This document shows positions 40,650 to 48,385 of a DNA stretch of 64,000 nucleotides, one piece after another. How positions within the stretch are numbered: the stretch's first letter is position 1; the number at the start of each line of letters is the position of its first letter. The notes beneath the pieces are model-generated. The model did no database searches. It saw nothing but the letters and a program-made list of their open reading frames with translations, and was not told where the DNA came from. The stretch spans positions 3,968,001 to 4,032,000 of the forward strand of contig OZ223209.1 of NCBI GenBank assembly GCA_965140415.1, given 5' to 3'. This DNA is from Myxococcota bacterium (GTDB taxonomy: Bacteria; Myxococcota_A; SURF-8). Both the position numbers and the translations under genes were made by a program.

Positions 40650-41564
40650 GTGATGGCCGTAGCATGGGAGCAAATATTGACCCGAATAAGCAAACATGAC
40701 GAGCGCCGTGTACGAATCGCGTTCGGTGCGCTTGAAATCAACGACCGCGAGTTTTTCGCGTTGCTGGATGATGCCAAACCCGCTCAACGCGGCTTGGTCC
40801 GCCATTCGCAAGCTCCAATATTGATCAAACTCTACAACCAATTCGGGTTACATGTCACTCTCGGCGATTTTGCCCTGGACTCAAACCGGGGATTGATGTC
40901 TACACGTCCCCTCGCCTCACCACAAGACCGCATTGTCTTCTATGCTGCTAAACAGGCCGAGCATGCCGCTTACCTGAAAGATTTGGAAAGACGAACGCTC
41001 GACGAGAAACCATCTTTTACGGAAAACACTGAAAAGCTTGGACTCGCACTGGGTTATCCGGCCTGTTGCATCCGCTTTTTTTTACAGCATCACCACCTGA
41101 CTACACCGGAATTCCACTTTGCCGTCATCAAGCAAACCAATGGAAGCGCCGTCGCAGAACTGAACCCATTCGAGCCGAAACGTCTGATCAGCCACGAACC
41201 ATGCTCGCTTAATTGCAAGGAATCCATACAAATCGCCAAACAGATCAATCTAGCCCAACCTCAGCCGCTGTCCCGTGAAGAACTATGTGGTAGTTATATA
41301 AGTTTTTCCAGCGGGGCCTGGGTCAAACTGGAAACCACAGGTGATCGGCGACGTATCGTTCGTTATCGCTGTCTGAATAGCTCGGAAGGCTCCTATCCCG
41401 GCACAAATTCCAACAATGTGCCACCCCAAGCCTTATGGCAGCTTTTACAACAGCACGGAACTTTGCATCTTGGCGAAAACAAATTGACCGTCAGTCACAA
41501 CGGCCAACATCCGATTGCTTTGAAAGGTCGTAACAAGCAGTGGCAATGGGTGGAGTTCGTTTAG
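40650..41564 (+). CDS. DUF483-like protein with a probable metal-binding Cys/His cluster
   Basis: LGLALGYPACCIRFF and LISHEPCSLNCKES motifs. Confidence 0.6.
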   Translation: MMAVAWEQILTRISKHDERRVRIAFGALEINDREFFALLDDAKPAQRGLVRHSQAPILIKLYNQFGLHVTLGDFALDSNRGLMSTRPLASPQDRIVFYAAKQAEHAAYLKDLERRTLDEKPSFTENTEKLGLALGYPACCIRFFLQHHHLTTPEFHFAVIKQTNGSAVAELNPFEPKRLISHEPCSLNCKESIQIAKQINLAQPQPLSREELCGSYISFSSGAWVKLETTGDRRRIVRYRCLNSSEGSYPGTNSNNVPPQALWQLLQQHGTLHLGENKLTVSHNGQHPIALKGRNKQWQWVEFV

Positions 41565-41599
41565 AATAAACCTGAGACTACCAACAAACACGAAAAGGA

Positions 41600-41979
41600 T
41601 GTCAACATCCATAAACGACATACGCGCGGCAAATGCCGCGCGTATATTCAGCTTTAAAAAAAGCGGGTCAGGTCGTTGGCTGGTTACTCCCGTTCATGCC
41701 ACACGCAAAACAGATCCAAACAAATAATACCCCTGTCTCTAACTACCCCGTGTAGCGGCCTCCCCGCAAGGCAATGATGGCATCTCTTCTCTGTAGCCAT
41801 CCATGAACCGGTTTGCCCGGTCCGCGTTTGAACTCCCCTCCTCACCCCTATGAGGATAACACTCATTCGATCACTCGAATCAGGCCGGAAGCAACGCGAA
41901 AGAACCTGGATTCCAAAATAACAAAAAACAACGGGAACCTAACCCAAAACCTCTATTCTCACTCAATCTCCCTTGCGCC
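41600..41979 (-). ncRNA. Candidate sigma54-dependent structured sRNA (family unknown)
   Basis: ORF-poor region downstream of a sigma54 motif; at least 7 hairpins plus long-range helices; G-U pairs and a GUGA tetraloop occur only in the minus orientation; 3' end uncertain. Confidence 0.6.
41620..41645. terminator. Strong GC hairpin, probable bidirectional terminator or 3' end of the ncRNA
   Basis: ATACGCGCGGC-AAAT-GCCGCGCGTAT, perfect 11-bp stem. Confidence 0.7.
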
Positions 41980-41989
41980 TAATAACACT

Positions 41990-42006
41990 TGCAAAGTTCA
42001 TTCCAA
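41990..42006 (-). promoter_or_regulatory. sigma54 (-24/-12) promoter
   Basis: TTGGAATGAACTTTGCA: GG-N10-GC, two mismatches to YTGGCACGNNNNTTGCW. Confidence 0.7.
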
Positions 42007-42089
42007 TTCGAAAACTACTACACACTGATATCTATCAGCATGATATTACTAAAATTATCAATCAATACCCTTGTAGTAAATCCGTTGAG

Positions 42090-42147
42090 CGTCAATCTAG
42101 TGACAAATTTTGTCATTTTCCTGTAAAATTTGCGACACCACTGACAA
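42090..42147. promoter_or_regulatory. Candidate enhancer (bEBP binding) sites
   Basis: CGTCA-N6-TGACA overlapping a perfect TGACA-N5-TGTCA (42101-42115), with further CGACA/TGACA half-sites; about 110-170 nt upstream of the predicted +1. Confidence 0.5.
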
Positions 42148-42263
42148 TCTTCGCCCAACATGAAAAAGAGATCAAAAACAAAGCGGTTATTCCTGATAAT
42201 TTGGAAAATTGCAATGTTTTTTGTAACATTAAGGAAGATATTTCTGCTATCCAAATGACTTCG

Positions 42264-42983
42264 TCACTCCTCAATTTCAACAAGCGACAGCTCCAGCTCC
42301 ATCTGGTTCTTCGGCATCGGCAATGTCACCGTAGAAGAGGAAAAGTCCTGCCGCTGTTGTTCATCTATGAACAAAGCAGGAAACAACACGCGCCCGACCG
42401 GAAGATCCGTAAAAGAACACGTTAAAGAAGAAGCCTGCTCCTCGCAAACAACCATCGGCAGTTGAAAACCGGTCTCTTGATCGATCATCGCAGCAGAAAT
42501 CACCTCTTCCGACTCAGCCCCCAACACCACAAGATCCATCTCCGAAGTTTCAAGCCGACTGACGGTCAAATCGACCATTCGAGTTTCTCCTGCCACAAGA
42601 TCCAATATTGCGGGCTCTTCCGTTGCATAACTTTTCAAGGTTTCCCCCTGCACCTTGAATAGTACAGCAGAGATGCTTCTCTCCGCTCCCGCCTCCACCT
42701 CAAGGCTCAACTCATACGCACTGGTCATATCAACTTCCGGTCCCAACACAAGTTGTCCGGTTTGAGGCTCAGTGAAATCCGCTGCATCCACCTTAACCTG
42801 AAACGCTACGGAAAATGCGTCTTCCTGCTCCTGCAACACTCTTGGCACCAAGCCGGTTTCATCCGTTATTTTAAGCGATACCGCTACACCGGCAGGTGCA
42901 TCTTCACCTTGAACGAAACAGCCGCCTAGGACAAGCGTCATCAATCCGGTCAGCAGGAACATCTTTATTGTTTGCCGTGCCAT
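42264..42983 (-). CDS. Hypothetical lipoprotein (beta-rich)
   Basis: Lipobox LGGC; last gene of a coupled operon. Confidence 0.7.
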   Translation of the reverse strand: MARQTIKMFLLTGLMTLVLGGCFVQGEDAPAGVAVSLKITDETGLVPRVLQEQEDAFSVAFQVKVDAADFTEPQTGQLVLGPEVDMTSAYELSLEVEAGAERSISAVLFKVQGETLKSYATEEPAILDLVAGETRMVDLTVSRLETSEMDLVVLGAESEEVISAAMIDQETGFQLPMVVCEEQASSLTCSFTDLPVGRVLFPALFIDEQQRQDFSSSTVTLPMPKNQMELELSLVEIEE

Positions 42984-42984
42984 A

Positions 42985-43788
42985 CTATTCCTTCACTTGC
43001 AAACGTACGGTAATCGTCGCCTTGCCGTGTTCCACTTCAACCCCCTGGCTCTGGCCGTTGACTTCTCCCGCACTGCCGCTGGAACCGGATTCCAAGCAGA
43101 CCGACTCGCCAGCGCTGGCGCGTTCGTCACGCTGCTGCCCGCCTTCGTTGCCGCCTCCGATTCCCACGTCCGCCTCGGTTACCGATACCGGAGCTTCAAA
43201 ATCAATCGGGCTATCGCCTTTTGTTTGCATTCCGGCGGTGCGAATTCCTTCGGGAACGGGTAGTTTCTTCCCTTCCGCCGAAAAACAATCCCATTCCGAT
43301 TCCGGCGATTTCGAATCGTCATGCCGAGAATGAGAAATGATTTCCTTCCCTTCACAATCCGTTAAACGGCTACCTTGCATCAAGCAGACGCTTCCCTGTT
43401 GATCCTCAATTTTGAATCGGCAGGTACCATGACAGGTCACATCCCGCTGGCGTCTGCAAGCGGTACTCCACGCGATGCTTTTTCCCGGAGGAGTTTCAAC
43501 TACGACACTACCTATCATCAATTTCGGAATCGGACTCAAGCGCAGACGGCTATTCTCCTCCAACAACACCAAACCCCGCTCCGGCGCGAACAAACGCACC
43601 CAGGCGCCTTTTCCCGTCGCGATTTCCGTTCCTAAAGGCACTCCGGCTTTGGTTTCCGGCACACTTGGATTGCGATTGACAATCACCGCCCCTTGCTGCT
43701 CTAGAATACTCCATTGCTGCGCCTGAGCCGGCATTGCCCACAAAACGCCCAGCAACAGTATCATGCCAAACAATACGTTTCGCATCAC
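42985..43788 (-). CDS. Secreted FecR-domain protein
   Basis: Signal peptide ending AQA; GTEIATGKGAWVRL....GLVLLEENSRLRL FecR pattern; low-complexity C-terminus. Confidence 0.65.
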   Translation of the reverse strand: MMRNVLFGMILLLGVLWAMPAQAQQWSILEQQGAVIVNRNPSVPETKAGVPLGTEIATGKGAWVRLFAPERGLVLLEENSRLRLSPIPKLMIGSVVVETPPGKSIAWSTACRRQRDVTCHGTCRFKIEDQQGSVCLMQGSRLTDCEGKEIISHSRHDDSKSPESEWDCFSAEGKKLPVPEGIRTAGMQTKGDSPIDFEAPVSVTEADVGIGGGNEGGQQRDERASAGESVCLESGSSGSAGEVNGQSQGVEVEHGKATITVRLQVKE

Positions 43789-45362
43789 CAGGCCCCCTTT
43801 CCGGTGAAGGTCAACATCACCCGGTGCTGAGTGTATTGATATAGATCCACCGTGCTGCGGTTATGGGTAGCATCGTAGGAAACGGAAAGGTCGAAATTGG
43901 CGGTCGGCGTGTAACTCAATGAAGCACCACCAGACAGCAAATGGTCACGCCGCGCCTCCGGCCAGTTCTGACTATCGTCGGAATGGTGATTGTTCAGATA
44001 TTCATAGCGCATCCATCCCACCAGTGAAACGCCATCGACCACAAGTCCGGAGAGTCCGGCAAACGGCCCCACGCCCCAGCGATCGTAATCCGCTCGACGT
44101 GCATTCTCGTAACGGCCATGAGCCTCTAAGAAAAGCTTGAGCCGTTCATCCAGAAAGAAGAAAGACTGTCCCAGGGTCGCACGCCCAAACGTATTGTCGC
44201 GTCCACGATGATGATAAAAACCGCGCCCTGCTGAAACTTTCAGGGAAGTTTGCGTGGTTGACTCTCCCAACTCGCCTTCGGTCACCGCATAACGCAGCCA
44301 ACCGGAATGAGACTCGCTATAAACGTACGTATCCGGCTCTTCAGCCATCGTTCCGCCATCCAGCCCGACCAACGAACCGCTGTATCCGACTTGAATTTCC
44401 TGATCCAGCCCGCCACCAATGAAGCGCAGACGATATCGTGGCGATACCAGTAGCGTCCAGGAAGAAAAATCATCTGCCGGATCTTCGTAATAAAAAGTAC
44501 GAGACAATGACAAATCCGCTCCAAGCAGATGTCGCGCCTTGCGCAACGGATAAACACCCAGTTTCAGCCGCAAACTTGTTCCAAACGAATCGGGGCTTTG
44601 CCCGCTCTCACTCGCAGGATCGTCCGGCTGCTGAATGACATTGCTTTCGTACAACAGGGAAATCGCTCCCGCCACGCTGATCAAGGGATAGCGCTGGGGA
44701 CCATCATAGGCCATCTGCAACATTCGCTGCGCCGAATCGGAAAAGGCATTCGGGCTACCAGGTCGGTCGATGTAGTTCGTTAAACTGCGTCTGGCGTGCA
44801 CGTTATCCTTCTGCTGCAATTGAGCCAGTCCGAGATAATAGTCGATCAATGGCAATTCGGACTTTGCCATTTGCGGAACCTTTTTAAAGTGACTTTCGGC
44901 TGTCATTGGATCCTGCAATCCCAGTGCAGCCAATCCAAGCAGGTAGTGATAGCGAGACCGCTGTGAATCGACCAGCAGCGTTTCGGCTTTGCGCAGAGTC
45001 CGCTGAGCCCAAACATGCTTTTCGCGTGCGAGATATACTTCGGCCAAGCGAAAATGAAGAGTGACACTCTTAGGTTGTGCGCGTAATGCACGCGCATAAG
45101 CCTTCTCTGCCTGTTTCCACTGTCGATTGCTTACATGCCAGGCAGCCATGGCTGTCAGCGCCTGCCAGCACTGCCGATCCTGTTGAAACGCCTGCTTCCA
45201 TGTTTGAATGGCGGACTGTTCTTCTCCTTGCAGCACCATCGCCTGCCCCTGTGCAACGGCGAAATTGCAAACCACATCTGCTTGCGCCGATGCAAATGGG
45301 ATCTGGCAACCCAACAAGATCGCAAGCCCCAACACCGATAGCAGGACTTTATTCCACGCCAT
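43785..45362 (-). CDS. TPR repeats + C-terminal outer-membrane beta-barrel (Slam/DUF560-like architecture)
   Basis: Signal peptide; TPR helices (YHYLLGLAAL, YYLGLAQL); barrel starting LLYESNV; end HNRSTVDLYQYTQHRVMLTFTGKGAW. Confidence 0.7.
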   Translation of the reverse strand: MAWNKVLLSVLGLAILLGCQIPFASAQADVVCNFAVAQGQAMVLQGEEQSAIQTWKQAFQQDRQCWQALTAMAAWHVSNRQWKQAEKAYARALRAQPKSVTLHFRLAEVYLAREKHVWAQRTLRKAETLLVDSQRSRYHYLLGLAALGLQDPMTAESHFKKVPQMAKSELPLIDYYLGLAQLQQKDNVHARRSLTNYIDRPGSPNAFSDSAQRMLQMAYDGPQRYPLISVAGAISLLYESNVIQQPDDPASESGQSPDSFGTSLRLKLGVYPLRKARHLLGADLSLSRTFYYEDPADDFSSWTLLVSPRYRLRFIGGGLDQEIQVGYSGSLVGLDGGTMAEEPDTYVYSESHSGWLRYAVTEGELGESTTQTSLKVSAGRGFYHHRGRDNTFGRATLGQSFFFLDERLKLFLEAHGRYENARRADYDRWGVGPFAGLSGLVVDGVSLVGWMRYEYLNNHHSDDSQNWPEARRDHLLSGGASLSYTPTANFDLSVSYDATHNRSTVDLYQYTQHRVMLTFTGKGAW

Positions 45363-46206
45363 TTACGATGTCCTTTTCCTCTTCGATCCGGTCCCGCAAT
45401 TCCGTTTCCGTTTTAATTCCATGATAGAATTTGCCGTTAATGAAAATCCCCGGCGTTCCAATCACTCCCAGAGCCAGTCCTTCCATCTTTTCCTTGCGGA
45501 TACGGTCCAGGACATCCTTGGATTTCATGTCCTTTTTAAAACGTTCAAGATCCAACCCCAGCTTGCTCGCACACTGGTTCAATACTTCTTGCGAAAGGTC
45601 ATCACTTTCATAAAGAAGATCGTACATCGGCCAGAATTTTCCCTGCTTCTCCGCAGCCAATAACGCCTGGGCGGATACGAGTGCACTTTTGTGCTGTTTT
45701 ACCGGAAAGTTCTTGTAGTAATAGGTGATTAATCCGGTCTTTTCCTGGCTGATTCGTCGTAAAGCCGGAGCCGCAACGTTACAATACGGGCACTCGAAGT
45801 CCGCATAAACCACCACTTTGACCGCAGCCTTGGGATCACCGGAAGGCAATAATCCCGTTACATCGATCTGTTGCGTTTTGGGAGGATAGGCAGAGGCGGC
45901 CCGTTGCTCGATTTCGCGCAGAATATCCGCCTCGCTTTTACCTAAGATCGCGCGACGCACGACATAGGCCGCCAAACGCCTGGGAGTGTGCAAACTCGGT
46001 TCTTCATTCAAACAAGTCAGGATGGTATCGGAACATCCGGCATAGCATTCCGCCTTTTTCAGCACCGCTTCCGCCGTTGCCTTTTGTGTCCCCTGTAATT
46101 CCTTCGCGCCTTCAATCGCCGACCAAGGAATTGGATTCTGCTCCGCCCAAACCGGCATTGCGAACAGACACAGTAACAGGACACACATCCACCCACTCCG
46201 ACTCAT
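45349..46206 (-). CDS. Periplasmic DsbA/thioredoxin-fold oxidoreductase
   Basis: YADFECPYC, cis-Pro loop GTPGIFING; extra N-terminal CYAGC...TCL domain. Confidence 0.88.
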   Translation of the reverse strand: MSRSGWMCVLLLCLFAMPVWAEQNPIPWSAIEGAKELQGTQKATAEAVLKKAECYAGCSDTILTCLNEEPSLHTPRRLAAYVVRRAILGKSEADILREIEQRAASAYPPKTQQIDVTGLLPSGDPKAAVKVVVYADFECPYCNVAAPALRRISQEKTGLITYYYKNFPVKQHKSALVSAQALLAAEKQGKFWPMYDLLYESDDLSQEVLNQCASKLGLDLERFKKDMKSKDVLDRIRKEKMEGLALGVIGTPGIFINGKFYHGIKTETELRDRIEEEKDIVNGVE

Positions 46207-46682
46207 TATCCTCTCCTTTTTATCCAGCGGTCCAGGCCGTAACGACCATCATCACATATCAGAACGAAACCGGAACAAAACAACCACCCCAGATCGCGAA
46301 ACACGGTATGTACCCCGATCTCGTCGGCAGCCGCCTGACTGGCAAAGCAGCCGCAAGACATCTTCAGGTCTTTGGTCAGTGCAATACCCAAAGCGGCAAT
46401 AAACATCAGCATCATACCACTCACCAACAAAGCGGCTTCGCGCGTCCACAATCCCGCAATCAAACTTGCACCCACGATCAACTCAAGCCACGGCAGAAAC
46501 AAGGTAAACACATTGATCATCGCCAGCGGCAAAATCTGGTAGGTCGCAACCGACAGGGCGAAGACCTGCGGATCGTAGATTTTAAACAGGCTGGCCAATA
46601 CGAATACCAACCCGATATACACTCGTAGCGGTAACGCCAAACGCACCGCCCATGTTTTCATGTGCGTTCGCTCCAGCATCAC
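46206..46682 (-). CDS. MauE/DoxX family redox-associated membrane protein
   Basis: FKIYDP..F...V..YQILP, LPWLEL..G..L..G, SCGCF, RD. Confidence 0.88.
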   Translation of the reverse strand: MMLERTHMKTWAVRLALPLRVYIGLVFVLASLFKIYDPQVFALSVATYQILPLAMINVFTLFLPWLELIVGASLIAGLWTREAALLVSGMMLMFIAALGIALTKDLKMSCGCFASQAAADEIGVHTVFRDLGWLFCSGFVLICDDGRYGLDRWIKRRG

Positions 46683-47179
46683 TCGCCCTTCCCGTTTTCA
46701 AACAAACGTCGATATGTAGGCTCGTCCTTCAAATACCCCACATTCTCCAACTCGGTGGAGATCAATTCATCGGCCAATGCCTTGGCGGAAACGGCATCTC
46801 CTACCACAAGCAACGTGCGCCCCTCCTGTTTCTCGGCCAAACTCTTCACAATTTCTTCCGAAACGGGAAAGATAGGATCGTATGGAACCGAAAGTGCGGA
46901 ATCGGCATGTCCAACTTCAAACTGAGCGCCTGGCCGAGCATCGACAATCAGAAAACGCGCCCTGTCCAGCAAAACCGTGTCGAGAGAAATCTCCTGAGAC
47001 GTCTTCAGGGTTTCGGGACAATCCTGAAAAATCTCGTATGGTTGTTGTGCGACCCAAGGCAATGGGGTAGGTCGAGCTGCATTAACGACAAACGCCAGCA
47101 ACGCAGATAGCGAAACCAGAATCGCCATCCGTATGATCGAGCGCGTAATGATGCGCCGGTATCCCTCCATCAGACTCAT
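46679..47179 (-). CDS. Membrane-anchored rhodanese-like domain protein
   Basis: N-terminal TM with VNAARP..LPW; IVDARPGAQFEVGHADSALSVP; the usual active-site Cys loop reads LVVGD. Confidence 0.75.
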   Translation of the reverse strand: MSLMEGYRRIITRSIIRMAILVSLSALLAFVVNAARPTPLPWVAQQPYEIFQDCPETLKTSQEISLDTVLLDRARFLIVDARPGAQFEVGHADSALSVPYDPIFPVSEEIVKSLAEKQEGRTLLVVGDAVSAKALADELISTELENVGYLKDEPTYRRLFENGKGE

Positions 47180-47181
47180 CC

Positions 47182-48246
47182 TTACTTACAACAGCGGAAT
47201 CCCACGTTATTGATCGCTTCGGCTCCGTCTTTTCGAATGTACGTACACATGTGCAGCTTTTTCGAATTGCTGCAATTGTAAGCGCCCCCGCGCGCCTGCC
47301 CGCTCGGGTCGCTATCCCACTCCCAGACATTGCCGTTTAAATCGTAGGCGCCATACTCTCCCACGCAGTCCTCCAACACACCGGTCGGCACGACTTTGAA
47401 TACGACCTTGCCGTCATCCAACGCCTGTAATCCGCAACCGAACACGGGTTGCTCGCAAAACGTATCGATACCATTACAAGTTGCAGCCTCGTAGTCGGCT
47501 CCATAACAATAGTCCGCCTCCTCGCTGCCTTGACAAGCCGAGAGCCATTCGCCAGGGTTGCACAGTCGTTTCTCAGCGTGTTCGCAAGCCGATGCAGCCT
47601 GCTGTACGGAGAGATTCACCCAGGGCAATACGCCTTGTCTGGAAGTAGCTCGGCTTTCATCCGTTCCCGCGCTCGATTCCGTTGCATCGGGACGCGAAGC
47701 TTCATAGCGATCGATACAAAACAGCCCATCTACCGCAACCATATCTTCCGGACAACAAAGCAGATCCTCGTCGATCAGCCAGTCACAGTCGTTATCGATA
47801 CCGTCACAGATTTCGACACCGCCATTGGTAATCGTACATTCGCAACCTTCATCGATCTGGCCGTTGCAATCGTTATCCACACTATCGCAAACTTCTTCCG
47901 GATCTGCTGTCGGTTTGCATTCGCAACCGTTCTGAGGTTGCAAATCGGCATCGAAAAAGCCTTCATCACAAGCGATTAGACGACACTCACCGTGCACGCA
48001 TTCACTATCTGCTTGCGGTGCGCGTGGGTAGGGGCAACCTTGACAGCCCACGGAATTTTCGCAGCGGTTATTGATACAGCTTTCATCGATGTCGCAATCG
48101 AGGTCTTCCTGGCATTGCAGAATACAGGTTTTCTCTTCGCTACAGATCTGCACACCGCCGCAATCCTCATCCGTCAAACATTCACCCTCGACCACACAAG
48201 CCGAAAGTAGAAACAGACAACCCAAACTCCACACGAATACTCGCAT
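47182..48246 (-). CDS. Cys-rich lipoprotein with a C-terminal FGE-sulfatase (SUMF1/C-type-lectin fold) domain
   Basis: Lipobox LSAC; CxxxxDC repeats; two E.CD..DNDC motifs; CPEDM, FCIDRYEAS, KRLC...EW..AC, YDLNGNVWEW, RGG, GFRCC. Confidence 0.85.
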   Translation of the reverse strand: MRVFVWSLGCLFLLSACVVEGECLTDEDCGGVQICSEEKTCILQCQEDLDCDIDESCINNRCENSVGCQGCPYPRAPQADSECVHGECRLIACDEGFFDADLQPQNGCECKPTADPEEVCDSVDNDCNGQIDEGCECTITNGGVEICDGIDNDCDWLIDEDLLCCPEDMVAVDGLFCIDRYEASRPDATESSAGTDESRATSRQGVLPWVNLSVQQAASACEHAEKRLCNPGEWLSACQGSEEADYCYGADYEAATCNGIDTFCEQPVFGCGLQALDDGKVVFKVVPTGVLEDCVGEYGAYDLNGNVWEWDSDPSGQARGGAYNCSNSKKLHMCTYIRKDGAEAINNVGFRCCK

Positions 48247-48329
48247 CGCTCTTTCCCAATATCTTAAATCACGGTCAATTCAGAGAGAACCACAAACCGG
48301 TCCCATCCAATAATACCGGTGTTTTCCCA

Positions 48330-48357
48330 AGAGTACCACTGTATGGAGCTTTTGCAA
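48330..48357 (-). promoter_or_regulatory. sigma70-type promoter for the seven-gene operon
   Basis: TTGCAA-N16-TACTCT with a TGn extension. Confidence 0.4.
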
Positions 48358-48385
48358 GAGTTGGCTTGAAAAAACTTAGGTATTC

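Noticed and set aside
41800-41825. GGGCAAACC resembling a c-di-GMP-I riboswitch
   Set aside because: No GAAA-capped P2 followed by GACGCAAAGC, and no downstream gene to regulate
41684-41866. 60-aa ORF inside the candidate sRNA (also the plus-strand 71-aa and 150-aa ORFs nearby)
   Set aside because: No RBS, the start lies at a hairpin edge, atypical composition; RNA structure explains the region better. Dual function is not excluded
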